Both the position numbers and the translations under genes were made by a program. A stretch of DNA of 64,000 nt, from NCBI RefSeq assembly GCF_020745735.1, contig NW_026867602.1, positions 682,001 to 746,000 on the forward strand, written 5' to 3'. This DNA is from Hemiscyllium ocellatum. Lineage: Eukaryota. Under the pieces are notes generated by a model that was given only the letters and a program-made list of their open reading frames with translations, was not told where the DNA came from and searched no databases. The first letter of the stretch is position 1, and every line of letters begins with the position of its first letter. Positions 12,741-25,922 of the stretch are shown piece by piece.

Positions 12741-15700
12741 ATGGAACTCTGCGGGATCATCCTCCTCACCCTGGCGACCAGTGTGAGGGCGCAGATCGGT
12801 GAGTCACGGAGTTTATAAACAGGCCTTTCGGCCCCTCCTGCCCATGCCAGCCCTCTGTTCTCTCCCCCCCCCGCCACTGCCCTTGGATACTGAGGTGTGA
12901 CGGCACTTGTGTGAGAGTCTGACTGTGAGTGTGAGATGGAGGAGAGTGTGTGTGTGTGATAGTGAGTGAGAATGAGTCTGAGAGAATGTGTGAATGTCAG
13001 AGTGAGTGTGTAAGAGTGGGGGTGCCCGTAAGAGCTCACACGCGTGTGCAAGACTGAGGGGGTTCGGACTTCAGTGTAAGACTATGAGTGTGTAAGAGTT
13101 TGAACGTGAGTGTGTAAAGGGTGTGAGTGTGTGTAAAGGTGTGTGTGTGAGAGTGACTGTGTAAGAGTTTGACTGTGAATGTGGGAAAGTTGTATGTGTG
13201 TAAGACAATAGACAATAGGTGCAGGAGTAGGCCATTCTGCCCTTCGAGCCTGCACCACCATTCAATATGATCATGGCTGATCATCCTTAATCAGTATCCT
13301 GTTCCTGCCTTATCTCCATAACCCTTGATTCCACTCTCCTTGAGAGCTCTATCCAACTCTTTCTTAAATGAATCCAGAGACTGGGCCTCCACTGCTCTCT
13401 GGGGCAGAGCGTTCCACACAGCCACCACTCTCTGGGTGAAGAAGTGTCTCCTCATCTCTGTCCTAAATGGCCCACCCCGTATTTTTAAGCTGTGTCCTCT
13501 GGTTCGGCACTCACCCATCAGCGGAAACATGTTTCCTGCCTCCAGAGTGTCCAATCCTTACATAATCTTGTCAGAGTCTGCATGTGTGTATCACATTGTG
13601 AGTCACAGAGAGGTACAGCACAGAAACAGACCCTTCGGTCCATCCTGTCCATGCCGACCAGATCTTCCAACCCAATCTAGCCCCACCTGCCAGCACCCGG
13701 CCCATATCCCTCCAAAGCCTTCCTGTTCATATACCCATTCAAATGCCTCTTAAATGTTATCATTGTACCAGCCTCCACCACTTCCTCTGGCAGCTCATTC
13801 CACACACGCACCACCCACTGGGGGGAAAAGTTGCCCCTTAGGTCCCTTTTACATCTTTCCTCTGTCACCTTAAATCAATGACCCCCAGTTTTGAACTCCC
13901 CTGCCCTGGGGAAAACGACCTTGGCTCTTTTCACCTTACCTCTACCCCTCACAAACCTCTCCAAGGTCAGCCCTCAGCCACAGTGTGTAAGGGGGTGAGT
14001 GTGTAAGAATTTGTAGGTGAGTCTGTAGGGGTGTGAGGCAATGGTAAACTCTGACACTTGTCTCCTGGCTAGAGGTCAGCACAGCAACGGAGAGTCTGTA
14101 TTACGTCCACACTCCACACTCCGAGAACATCCTGGACATGTTCAGCATAAACGACGTCCCCTTCCTGTTCTATGATTATGGGACGGGGATGTTTGTTATC
14201 AATGGCCAAGTGACGGATGGAACCCGGGAGCTGGGCCAGGAGGAAGTGGATTACTACCGAGAGAGATCACGGGGCTTCCAAGCACGACTGCGGGGAACGG
14301 CCACAGAGATGATCCAATTGACGAATTCCACCGTCATCGCCAAGAGTAAGCCACTGGATTGCTGGGGGGAGTGGGGTGGGGAAGCAGGGCGATTGGTGCA
14401 GTGAGGAGTAACGCTGACCTGCTGAGATTTCCAAAGCTGACCCCTGTCTATATCCCTTTTGCATGGACGTCAATGCTCTCTGAATCATCCAACACCAGTC
14501 ACCCACCTCCTCCTCTTTCTGATCGCCATCCGGTTCCCCTCTCAAAAGCCTCTCCCCTCATGCTCTGGGATGATGTATTCCAGACCCCAACCACTCACTG
14601 TGTGAAAACCGTTCCAACTCTCAATGCTTCCAGCAACCCTCTCTGCTCCCTCCCAGACCGTCCTCACCCCGTTCCCTCCTTCCCCCCCACGTCCCTGGAA
14701 CTGTTCCCGAGAATGTCTCTCTTCACGAAAACATCGGAATTTCCGCTGAGAGAGAGACCACTGGTGTCTCGAACAGGAGAGATAGTCCCTCACATTGTGC
14801 TCTGGGTCCTTGCCCACTTCGGAACCGAGCGCTAAATTTGCTGCCTCTTCAGATATTATTTTGTCTCTTTTCTTCCATTGGGCTGAGAAGTGGCAGATGG
14901 CGTTTAATTTAGATAAATGTGAGGGGCTGCGTCTTGTATAGGCAAATCAGGGTGGAATCTATCCCCTTAATGGTAAGGTCCCGGGGAGTGTTGCTGAACA
15001 AAGAGACCTTGGAGTGCAGGTTCATAGCTCCTTGAAAGTGGAGTCGCAGGTAGATAGGATAGTGAAGGCAGCGTTTGGTACGCTTTCCTTTATTGGTCAG
15101 AGCATTGAGTACAGGAGTCGGGAGGGTCATGTTGCGGCTGTACAGGACATTGGTTAGGCCACTGTTGGAATATTGCGTGCAATTCTGGTCTCCTTCCTAT
15201 CGGAAAGATGTTGTGAAACTTGAAAGGGTTCAGAAAAGATTGACAAGGATGTTGCCAGGGTTGGAGGATCTGAGCTACAGGGAGAGGCTGAACAGGCTGG
15301 GGGTGTTTTCCCTGGAGTGTCGGAGGCTGAGGGGACAGGGTGAACAGTCAAGACCTTTTCCCCAGGGTGAGGGAGTCCATAACTAGAAGGCATAAGTGAG
15401 GGGGGTAAAGATATTTAAAGGGCAGTTATTTTCATACAGAGGATGGTGCGTGTAAGGAATGAGCTGCCAAGAGAAGTGGTGGAGGCTGGGACGTTTAACA
15501 ACGGTTAAAAGGATGGGGATATGAATATGTTACAAATGCTGGCAACTGGGGACTGGATTAATTTCGGAGACCTGGTAGGAATGGACAGGTTGACCTAAAG
15601 GTCTGTCTCCATGCTGTATATCTCTATGACTAGTCTCCCAAACCATCGTCTATTAACACCTTCTTTACATCCTCAGTGCTCCCTTTCCACCACCACCACC

Positions 15701-18700
15701 ACCTCTCCCAATGTCTCGCACTCTGGGCTATCCGTCAGAGACTTCCCCACCTGTTCCTCCTCCGCCAAACAACCCCTTCCCTCAGGAAGGACTCGAAACG
15801 TTCATGCCGTCTTCTCATCTCCCACCACCACAGACTCTGCCAGACCCGCCGAGTTTCTCTGACGTTGTCCGCTTTGCATTCCCACTTCAGTTCCAGCCCC
15901 AGATGAACGGAGACGATGTATTCTCTCTCTCAGCAGCACCCGGGTCTCTCCCTGTCCTTCCACTTTCACACACACACACACACCTGCTTCCTCTCTTTCA
16001 TGGGTATGCACTCCCTCGGGTTATGAAGTAAGGGATGATCTGCTCCCCGAAATCAGGGGCAGGGGTCTCGGAGTGTGGGCCTGGAGTCAACACTGGTCAT
16101 CAGAAACATCCCTGCACCCCCAAACCCCAGTGCCATCCCCCCCAACCACCCCCAGATCTGGATGGTCGGTGTCTCAGAGAAAATACAATGTAAAGTTAAA
16201 GCTTCCACTACACTGCACCCCCCCCCCCCATCGTGATCAGGGACAGCACAGGGATAGATACAGAGTGAAGCTCCCTCTACACTGGCCCCCCCATCAAACA
16301 CTCCCAGGGACAGCACGGGGTTAGATACAGAGTGAAGCTCCCTCTACACTGGCCCCCCCATCAAACACTCCCAGGGACAGCACAGGGTTAGATACAGAGT
16401 AAAGCTCACTCTACACTGGCCCCCCCATCAAACACTCCCAGGGACAAGGACAGCACGGGGTTAGAAACAGAGTAAAGCTCCCCCTACACTGTCCCCCCAT
16501 CAAACACTCCCAGGGACAGCATGGTGTTAGATACAGAGTGAAGCTCCCTCTACACTGGCCCCCCCATCAAACACTCCCAGGGACAGGGACAGCACAGGGT
16601 TAGATACAGAGTAAAGCTCTCTCTACACTGGACCCCCATCAAACACTCCCAGGGACAGCACAGGGTTAGATACAGAGTAAAGCTCTCTCTACACTGGACC
16701 CCCATCAAACACTCCCAGGGACAGCACAGGGTTAGATACAGAGTAAAGCTCCCCCTACACTGTCCCCCATCAAACACTCCCAGGGACAGGGACAGCACGG
16801 GGTTAGATACAGAGTAAAGCTCCCCCTACACTGTCCCCCATCAAACACTCCCAGGGACAGGGACAGCACGGGGTTAGATACAGAGTAAAGCTCCCTCAAC
16901 ACTGTCCCCATCAAACACTCCCAGGGACAGCACGGGGTTAGATGCAAAGTACAGCTCCCTCTACACTGTCCCCATCAAACACTCCCAGGGACAGCACGGG
17001 GTTAGATACAGAGTAAAGCTCACTCTACACTGTCTCCCCCCATCAAACACTCCCAGGGACAGGGACAGCACGGAGTTAGATACAGAGTAAAGCTCCCCCT
17101 ACACTGTCCCCCCATCAAACACTCCCAGGACAGGGACAGCACAGAGTTAGTTACAGAGTAAAGCTCCCTCTACACTGTCCCCCATTAAACACTGACAGGG
17201 ACAGGGACAGCACGGGGTTAGGTGCAGAGTAAAGCTCCCTCTACACTGTTCCCGCATCAAACACTCCCAGGGACAGGGACAGCACGGGGTTAAAGACAGA
17301 GTAAAGCTCCCTCTACACTGTCCCCCCATCAAACACTCCCAGGACAGGGACAGCATGGGGTTAAATACAGAGTAAAGCTCCCTCTACACTGTCCCCCATC
17401 AAACACTCCCAGGACAGGGACAGCACAAAGTTAGATACAGAGTGAAGCTCCCTCTACACTGTTTCCCATCAAACTCTCCCAGGACAGGGACAGCATGGGG
17501 TTAGATACAGAGTAAAGCTCCCTCTACACTGTCCCCCAAGAGCATTGAGAGAATGTGAAAGATGGTTGGACTGTCCTCAGTACTTCCCATAAGGTGGTTA
17601 GAAATGGAGAGGGGTGGGATGCTGCTCCATAGGGAGACTGCAGCTCCCTCAGGATACCAGGAATGTCCGGACGAGCGGCCCGTTATTAATGCTGGCATCA
17701 TTTTCTCCCCCAGAGAAACCCGTCCTGCACATCTACACGGAGGGGAACAGCAGCCCGGGACAGGCAGACATCCTGTACTGTTACGCCGAGAAATTCTACC
17801 CCTTCGAGATTGAGGTCAGCTTCCTGATCAACGGGAGGCCGTTTGTGGGTCAGGTCAACTCATCGCAGTTGGTGGTGGAGTCAGACTGGACATTTAACAT
17901 CCTGAAGTATATCCGAATGGAGCGGCGCCATGGGGACACTTACAGCTGCCGGGTGAATCACATCAGTCTCCCGCAGCCTCTGACTGAATCTCTGGGTAAG
18001 TTAGACCCGGGGGTGTTAGCACGGGCTGCCCTGATCCCGAACATGCAGAGGGTTTACTGGGGCCCTGTCACACCCCCACAATGGGGACCCCCATCCCTGT
18101 AAATACTGAGACACTCCCCCCTCCCTGGGACCCCCCTCCTGTAAATACTGACACACTCCCCCCTCCCTGGGACCCCCCTCCTGTAAATACTGACACACTC
18201 CCCCTTCCCTGGGACCCCCCTCCTGTAAATACTGACACACTCCCCCCTCCCTGGGACCCCCCTCCTGTAAATACTGACACACTCCCCCTTCCCTGGGACC
18301 CCCCTCCTGTAAATACTGACACACTCCCCCCTCCCTGGGACCCCCCTCCTGTAAATACTGACCCACTCCCCCCACCCTGGGACCACCCCCGTAAATACTG
18401 ACACACTCCCCCCTCCCTGGGACCCCCCTCCTGTAAATACTGACACACTCCCCCCTCCCTGGGACCCCCCCTGTAAATACTGACCCACTCCCCCTCCCTG
18501 GGACCCCCCTCCTGTAAATACTGACACACTCCCCCCTCCCTGGGACCCCCCCTGTAAATACTGACACACTCCCCCCACCCTGGGACCACCCCCGTAAATA
18601 CTGACACACTCCCCTGTCCCTGGGACCCCCCTCCTGTAAATACTGACACACTCCCCCTTCCCTGGGACCCCCCTCCTGTAAATACTGACACACTCCCCCC

Positions 18701-21700
18701 TCCCTGGGACCCTCCTGTAAATACTGACCCACTCCCCCCTCCCTGGGACCCCCCTCCTGTAAATACTGACACACTCCCCCCTCCCTGGGACACCCCCTGT
18801 AAATACTGACCCACTCCCCCCTCCCTGGGACACCCCTCCTGTAAATACTGACACACTCCCCCCTCCCTGGGACCCCCCCTGTAAATACTGACACACTCCC
18901 CCCTCCCTGGGACCCCCCCCTGTAAATACTGACCCACTCCCCCCCCCCCCTCCCGGGACCCCTCCTGTAAATACTGACCCACTCCCCCCTCCCTGGGACC
19001 CCCCTCCTGTAAATACTGACACACTCCCCCTCCCTGGGACACCCCCTGTAAATACTGGCACACTCCACCCTCCCTGGGACCCCCCTCCTGTAAATACTGA
19101 CCCACTCCCCCCTCCCTGGGACCCCCCCTCCTGTAAATACTGAGACACTCTCCCTCCCTGGGACCCCCCTCCTGTAAATACTGACACACCCCCCCCTCCC
19201 TGGGACACCCCCTCCTGTAAATACTGACACACTCCCCCCTCCCTGGGACCCCCCTCCTGTAAATACTGACACACTCCCCCCTCCCTGGGACCCCCCCTCC
19301 TGTAAATACTGACACACTCCCCCTCCCTGGGACCCCCCCTCCTGTAAATACTGACACACTCCCCCCTACCTGGGACCCCCCCTCCTGTAAATACTGACAC
19401 ACACACCCCTCCCTGGGACCCCCCTCCTGTAAATACTGACACACTCCCCCCTCCCTGGGACCCCCTCTCCTGTAAATACTGACACACTCCCCCCTACCTG
19501 GGACCCCCCCTCCTGTAAATACTGACCCACTCCCCCCTCCCTGGGACCCCCCTGTAAATACTGACACATTCCCCCCTCCCTGGGACCCCCTCTCCCTGGG
19601 ACCCCCCCCTGTAAATACTGAGACACTCCCCCCCCGTAAATACTGACCCACTTCCCCCCTCCCTGGGACCCCCCCTGTAAATACTGACACACTCCCCCCT
19701 CCCTGGGACCCCCCCTCCTGTAAATACTGACCCACTTCCCCCCTCCCTGGGACACCCGTCCCTGTAAATACTGACACACTCCCCCTCCCTGGGACCCCCC
19801 TCCTGTAAATACTGACACACTCCCCCCTCCCTGGGACCCCCCCTCCTGTAAATACTGACCCACTCCCCCCTCCCTGGGACCCCCTCCTGTAAATACTGAG
19901 ACACTCCCCCTCCCTGGGACCCCCCTCCTGTAAATACTGACACACTCCACCCTCCCTGGGACCCCCGTCCCTGTAAATACTGACACTCTCCCCTCCCTGG
20001 GACCCCCGTCCCTGTAAATACTGACACACTCCCCCCTCCCTGGGACCCCCCCTCCTGTAAATACTGACCCACTCCCCCTCCCTGGGACCCCCCCTCCTGT
20101 AAATACTGACACACTCCACCCTCCCTGGGACCCCCGTCCCTGTAAATACTGACACTCTCCCCTCCCTGGGACCCCCGTCCCTGTAAATACTGACACACTC
20201 CCCCCTCCCTGGGACCCCCCCTCCTGTAAATACTGACCCACTCCCCCTCCCTGGGACCCCCCCTCCTGTAAATACTGACACACTCCCCCCTCCCTGGGAC
20301 CCCCCCTCCTGTAAATACTGACACACACACCCCTCCCTGGGACCCCCCTCCTGTAAATACTGACCCACTCCCCCCTCCCTGGGACCCCCTCCTGTAAATA
20401 CTGAGACACTCCCCCTCCCTGGGACCCCCCTCCTGTAAATACTGACACACTCCACCCTCCCTGGGACCCCCGTCCCTGTAAATACTGACACTCTCCCCTC
20501 CCTGGGACCCCCGTCCCTGTAAATACTGACACACTCCCCCCTCCCTGGGACCCCCCCTCCTGTAAATACTGACCCACTCCCCCTCCCTGGGACCCCCCCT
20601 CCTGTAAATACTGACACACTCCCCCCTACCTGGGACCCCCCCTCCTGTAAATACTGACACACACACCCCTCCCTGGGACCCCCCTCCTGTAAATACTGAC
20701 ACACTCCCCCCTCCCTGGGACCCCCTCTCCTGTAAATACTGACACACTCCCCCCTACCTGGGACCCCCCCTCCTGTAAATACTGACCCACTCCCCCCTCC
20801 CTGGGACCCCCCTGTAAATACTGACACATTCCCCCCTCCCTGGGACCCCCTCTCCCTGGGACCCCCCCCGTAAATACTGAGACCATCCCCCCCCGTAAAT
20901 ACTGACCCACTTCCCCCCTCCCTGGGACCCCCCCTGTAAATACTGACACACTCCCCCCTCCCTGGGACCCCCCCTCCTGTAAATACTGACCCACTTCCCC
21001 CCTCCCTGGGACACCCGTCCCTGTAAATACTGACACACTCCCCCTCCCTGGGACCCCCCTCCTGTAAATACTGACACACTCCCCCCTCCCTGGGACCCCC
21101 CCTCCTGTAAATACTGACCCACTCCCCCCTCCCTGGGACCCCCTCCTGTAAATACTGAGACACTCCCCCTCCCTGGGACCCCCCTCCTGTAAATACTGAC
21201 ACACTCCACCCTCCCTGGGACCCCCGTCCCTGTAAATACTGACACTCTCCCCTCCCTGGGACCCCCGTCCCTGTAAATACTGACACACTCCCCCCTCCCT
21301 GGGACCCCCCCTCCTGTAAATACTGACCCACTCCCCCCTCCCTGGGACCCCCCTGTAAATACTGACACACTCCACCCTCCCTGGGACCCCCCCTCCTGTA
21401 AATACTGACACACTCCCCCCTCCCTGGGACCCCCCCTCCTGTAAATACTGACACACTCCACCCTCCCTGGGACCCCCCCTGTAAATACTGACCCACTCCC
21501 CCCTCCCTGGGACCACCCCCCTGTAAATACTGACCCACTCCCCCCTCCCTGGGACCCCCCCCTGTAAATACTGGTCACACAGCATCAGGCCACTGTCTGC
21601 CCCTTTCCACAGATCCCCCTCCTAGACAGCTTCACACCGGGACTATTGTCTGTGCTGTCGGTGTCATCGTGGGAGCTGTCGGATTTGTGATCGGTCTCTC

Positions 21701-23283
21701 CCTGGTTGTGAAGATCCGCGCTCGGTGAGTATCTGTTGTTTCCCCCCATTCCCCCCTTTTCCAAACCCTTTCTGTCTGAGTCCCCCAGAACGCTCACTGC
21801 CATTTCCCTTTTTACAGACAGGGTCAGACCTCCCCAAGGCAGTCCGGGAAGGAATAACTCTGTGTCCGAGACTGGAAGGAGCCCTGAGAAAGGTCAGTGT
21901 GGTTCAATCCCCTGGGACTGGGTTCATTCACACTGAGGTCATACTGGGAGGGTTTGATGTAGGGACAGTGTAGAGGGAGCTTTACTCTGTATCTAACCCC
22001 GTGCTGTCCCTGTCCCTGGGAGTGTCTGATGGGGGACAGTGTAGAGGGAGCTTTACTCTGTATCTAACCCCGTGCTGTCCCTGTCCCTGGGAGTGTTTGA
22101 TGGGGGGACAGTGTAGAGGGAGCTTTACTCTGTATCTAACCCAGTGCTGTCCCTGTCCCTGGGAGTGTTTGATGGGGGACAGTGTAGAGGGAGCTTTACT
22201 CTGTATCTAACCCCCTGTCCCTGGGAGTGTTTGATGGGGGAACAGTGTAGAGGGAGCTTTACTCTGTATCTAACCCTGTGCTGTCCCTGTCCCTGGGAGT
22301 GTTTGATGGGGGAACAGTGTAGAGGGAGCTTTACAATGTATCTAACCCTGTGCTGTCCCTGTCCCTGGGAGTGTTTGATGGGGGTCAGTGTAGAGGGAGC
22401 TTTACTCTGTATCTAACCCCGTGCTATTTTGTCCCTGGGAGTGTTTGATGGAGGGACAGTATAGAGGGAGCTTTACTCTGTATCTAACCCCGTGCTGTCC
22501 CTGTCCCTGGGAGTGTCTGATGGGGGACAGTGTAGAGGGAGCTTTACTCTGTACCCAATCCTAGGTAATGCTCAATTCTAAAGCAGCAACAAAGCTGACT
22601 GGCTGGTCTTTACCTTGACTGTGGGTTAATATTTTCGAGTAAAAAGTGAGGTCTGCAGATGCTGGAGATCAGAGCTGAAAATGTGTTGCTGGTTAAAGCG
22701 CAGCAGGTCAGGCAGCATCCAAGGAACAGGAAATTCAGAGCCGGCCTGAAACGTCGAATTTCCTGTTCCTTGGATGCTGCCTGACCTGCTGTGCTTTGAC
22801 ACATTTTCAGCTCTGATACTCCAGCATCTGCAGACCTCACTATTTACCCGAAGATTTTAACCTACTGCGAATCCTCTTGCAAGGATGCCTTCCTTGAAGA
22901 AGCTCTCTTCCTCCCTCTACAAGGATTTCAGTGAGTCTCTCTCTCACTGCACCCCCCAGGTCATCTCCTCTGCACAGAAACTCTTCAGCCACGTTCTCAA
23001 ACAGACCCGTTACCACAACCACATCTCCTTCCTCAGCACCTGCCTAAGGAACCGACTGATCCCACACGGACTCCGAACTACATTCACTCTCCGCATTCCT
23101 GATGAAGGGCTCTGGCCCGAAACGTCGATTCTCCTGTTCCTTGGATGCTGCCTGACCTGCTGCGCTTTAACCAGCAACACATTCTCAGCTGTGGGTTAAT
23201 ATTGAAAGTATTCACCGAAATGAATCCTTTCTCCATCTGTTTTTGCTGTAGGTCAGTCCACGTTGGGAGGGGAGACAGTGTGA
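12741..23283 (+). CDS. WA: MHC W-category-like alpha chain (WA-1), 6 exons
   Basis: Leader 12741-12798 MELCGIILLTLATSVRAQI; alpha1 14073-14345 ending LTNSTVIAK (sequon); alpha2 17714-17995 KPVLHIY...LYCYAEKFYPFEIEVSFLING...SQLVVESDWTFNILKY...YSCRVNH (beta2m-like); TM 21613-21724 IVCAVGVIVGAVGFVIG (class II alpha GxxxGxxGxxxG); tail 21822-21892 and 23252-23283 (phases consistent); AATAAA at ~24054. Confidence 0.85.
14870..15625 (+). mobile_element. 5'-truncated CR1-type LINE fragment (RT C-terminus and 3' end)
   Basis: Encodes LYRTLVRPLLEYCVQFWSP..LERVQKR..RERLNRLG; frameshifted. Confidence 0.85.
16220..17535 (+). repeat. ~62-68-bp satellite array in WA-1 intron 2
   Basis: Unit CTCCCTCTACACTGTCCCCCCATCAAACACTCCCAGGGACAGCACGGGGTTAGATACAGAGTAAAG. 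Confidence 0.92.
18085..21575. repeat. ~39-bp C-rich minisatellite (3.5 kb) forming most of WA-1 intron 3
   Basis: Unit GTAAATACTGACACACTCCCCCTCCCTGGGACCCCCCTCCT; source of the 1156-aa pseudo-ORF. Confidence 0.95.
21958..22556 (-). repeat. Same ~65-bp satellite in inverted orientation, WA-1 intron 5
   Basis: Reverse complement of the 16220-17535 unit. Confidence 0.9.
22640..23192 (+). mobile_element. Penelope-like element remnant (foldback, N-terminal ORF fragment, hammerhead-containing repeat)
   Basis: Foldback 22640-22830; ORF fragment RYHNHISFLSTCLRNRLIPHG; CTGATGA...GAAACGTC at 23099-23126. Confidence 0.6.
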
Positions 23284-24611
23284 CTGATTTCACCTGAAGG
23301 AAGTCTCTAGTTTGTTCTGTTTGGATTATCCGCCATGAATCAAGGATTAGCAATGGTGATCGAGTCATACAGCACGGAAACAGACCCTTCGGCCCAACTC
23401 TTCCGTGCTGACCAGATACTCTAAATTAATCTTGTCCCATTCCCCAGCCCTTGGCCCATCTCCCCCTAAACCCTTCCTATCCATGTCCCCCCCCATCCTT
23501 TTAAATGTTGTCATTGTACCAGCCCCCACCACTTCCTCTGGCAGCTCGTTCCACACACGCACCACCCTCTGGGGGAAAAAGTTGCCCCTCGGGTCCCTTT
23601 CCCCCCCTCTCACCTTAAACCTACACCCCTCTAGTTCTGGGCTCCACCACCCCAGGGGGAATAGATCTGGGCTATTCACCCTATCCATGCTCCCCTCCAT
23701 GGTTTTATAAACATCTATATGGACACCCCGTCAAGCCTCTGACACTCCAGGGAAAATAACACCAGCTTATTCAGCCTCTCCCTGGAGCTGAGACCCTCCA
23801 ATATGCTTGTAATATTTTCTGAACCATTTCCGACAGCAGGGAGAACAGAATTGAACATAATATTACAAATGTGCGCAACATAATGTCCTGGACAGCCGCA
23901 ACATGACCTCCAAACTGCCAATCATTGACCAATGATGTTTGTAGACTGTTATTAGACTAAATTATGAGTCTTCACAAAGGAATCTCTTGTATATCACATA
24001 TAAATGATTAATAAATTATATTTAAACATTGCTTGCAGTTTCTTGGGTGGTATAATAAAATCTGATGTGAACGTTCTGGTACATTCACTTGGCACGATAA
24101 TAAACTCACGTTCTGCCCCTTGTCTGGACACACGAGGAGAAATGGATCAGATTTACCCGTGTTGAGTGAGGGAGGAACATTAGCCAGGATTCGGAGGATT
24201 NNNNNNNNNNNNNNNNNNNNNNNNNNNNNNNNNNNNNNNNNNNNNNNNNNNNNNNNNNNNNNNNNNNNNNNNNNNNNNNNNNNNNNNNNNNNNNNNNNNN
24301 NNNNNNNNNNNNNNNNNNNNNNNNNNNNNNNNNNNNNNNNNNNNNNNNNNNNNNNNNNNNNNNNNNNNNNNNNNNNNNNNNNNNNNNNNNNNNNNNNNNN
24401 NNNNNNNNNNNNNNNNNNNNNNNNNNNNNNNNNNNNNNNNNNGGGAGGGAAGGAAGGACAATGAGAGAAATGAAAGAGAGAGTGAGAGTGTAAAAATGTG
24501 TGTGAGAGAGAGAGAACTACACTGTTGAAGCTTCACCCCGACTCAGGTCAGGATTAACACAACAATGGGATGGAAACTGTGCTCAGTGAGACATCACAGT
24601 CTAAACCCTTA

Positions 24612-25355
24612 GCACCCGCTCCCTCAGCACTGACCCTCCCACAGCGCCCACTCCCTCAGCACTGACCCTCCCACAGCCCCCACTCCCTCAGCACTGACCC
24701 TCCCACAGCACCTGCTCCCTCAGCACTGACCCTCCCACAGCCCCCACTCCCTCAGCACTGACCCTCCCACAGCACCCACTCCCTCAGCACTGACCCTCCC
24801 CCAGCACCCGCTCCCTCAGCACTGACCCTCCCACAGCCCCCGCTCCCTCAGCACTGACCCTCCCACAGCACCCACTCCCTCAGCACTGACCCTCCCACAG
24901 CAACCAGTACCTAAGCACTGACCCGCCCACCGCGCCCACTCCCTCAGCACTGACCCGCCCACCGCGCCCACTCCCTCAGCACTGACCCTCCCACAGCGCC
25001 CAGTACCTCAGCGCTGACCCTCCCACTGCGCCCACTCTCTCAGAGGGCACTGTGGGAGGGTCAGCGCTGAGGGAGTGGGGGCTGTCGGAGGGTCAGCGCT
25101 GAGGGTTGGGGGTGCTGTGGGAGGGTCAGTGCTGAGGGAGTGGGTACTGTCGGAGGGCCAGGGCTGAGGGTGGGGGCACTGTTGGAGGGTCAGCGCTGAG
25201 GGAGCAGGCACTGTCAGAGGGTCAGTGCTGAGGGAGTGGGCACTGTGGTAGGGTCAGCCCTGAGGGTGGGGGCACTGTTGGAGGGTCAGCGCTGAGGGAG
25301 CAGGCACTGTCGGAGGGTCAGTGCTGAGGGAGTGCCACACTGTCGGAGAGTCACT
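24612..25355. repeat. ~32-bp minisatellite arranged as an inverted (palindromic) array
   Basis: CTCCCTCAGCACTGACCCTCCCACAGC units to ~25045, then reverse-complement units. Confidence 0.88.
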
Positions 25356-25922
25356 TGACGTCTTGGAAGGTCTAGACTTTTCAGTAACCTCTCTTCAAGA
25401 ACCCACTCCAGTCATTTCTCCATAATCCATTGAAACCTAAGCCCTCTGGAAAATATTAAATCAGTTTATCAGGATGGTGCGGGGTTTGGAGGGTTTCAGT
25501 TAGAATCGGGGATTTTTCACACGCGTGTCAGAGGCCCAGGGGTGACCTTATAGAGGTTTATAAAATCTTGGGGGGGGTATAGCGTGTGTCTTTTCCCTAG
25601 GATGGGGGATTTGAAGACTGGGGGCATAGTTTGAAGGTGAGTGGAAATAGATGTAAAAAAGACATGAGAGGCAATTGAATTTTACAAGAGAATGGGTTTT
25701 GCCTGGAATGAGCTAGCAGAGAAAGTGGTGGATGTGGGTACAGTTCCAACATTTAAAAGGTACTTGGATAGACAGATGAACAGGAAAGGTTTGGAGGGAT
25801 GCGGGCAAGGAGCAGACAGCTGGCTCTCCTTTCGGTTGGAATCGGCACGGACAGGTTGGGCCGAAGGGCCTGTTTCCACGCTGCGTGACTCCATGGCTAG
25901 GAGGTGTTTTTGCTAACATTTG

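Noticed and set aside
17714-17995. beta2-microglobulin gene
   Set aside because: The beta2m-like exon is preceded by a groove-domain exon and followed by a class II alpha-type TM exon, all in phase; true beta2m has neither. The same applies to 47163-47444.
18016-21585. Long ORFs up to 1156 aa
   Set aside because: Translation of a 39-bp intronic minisatellite; open in several frames with no protein features.
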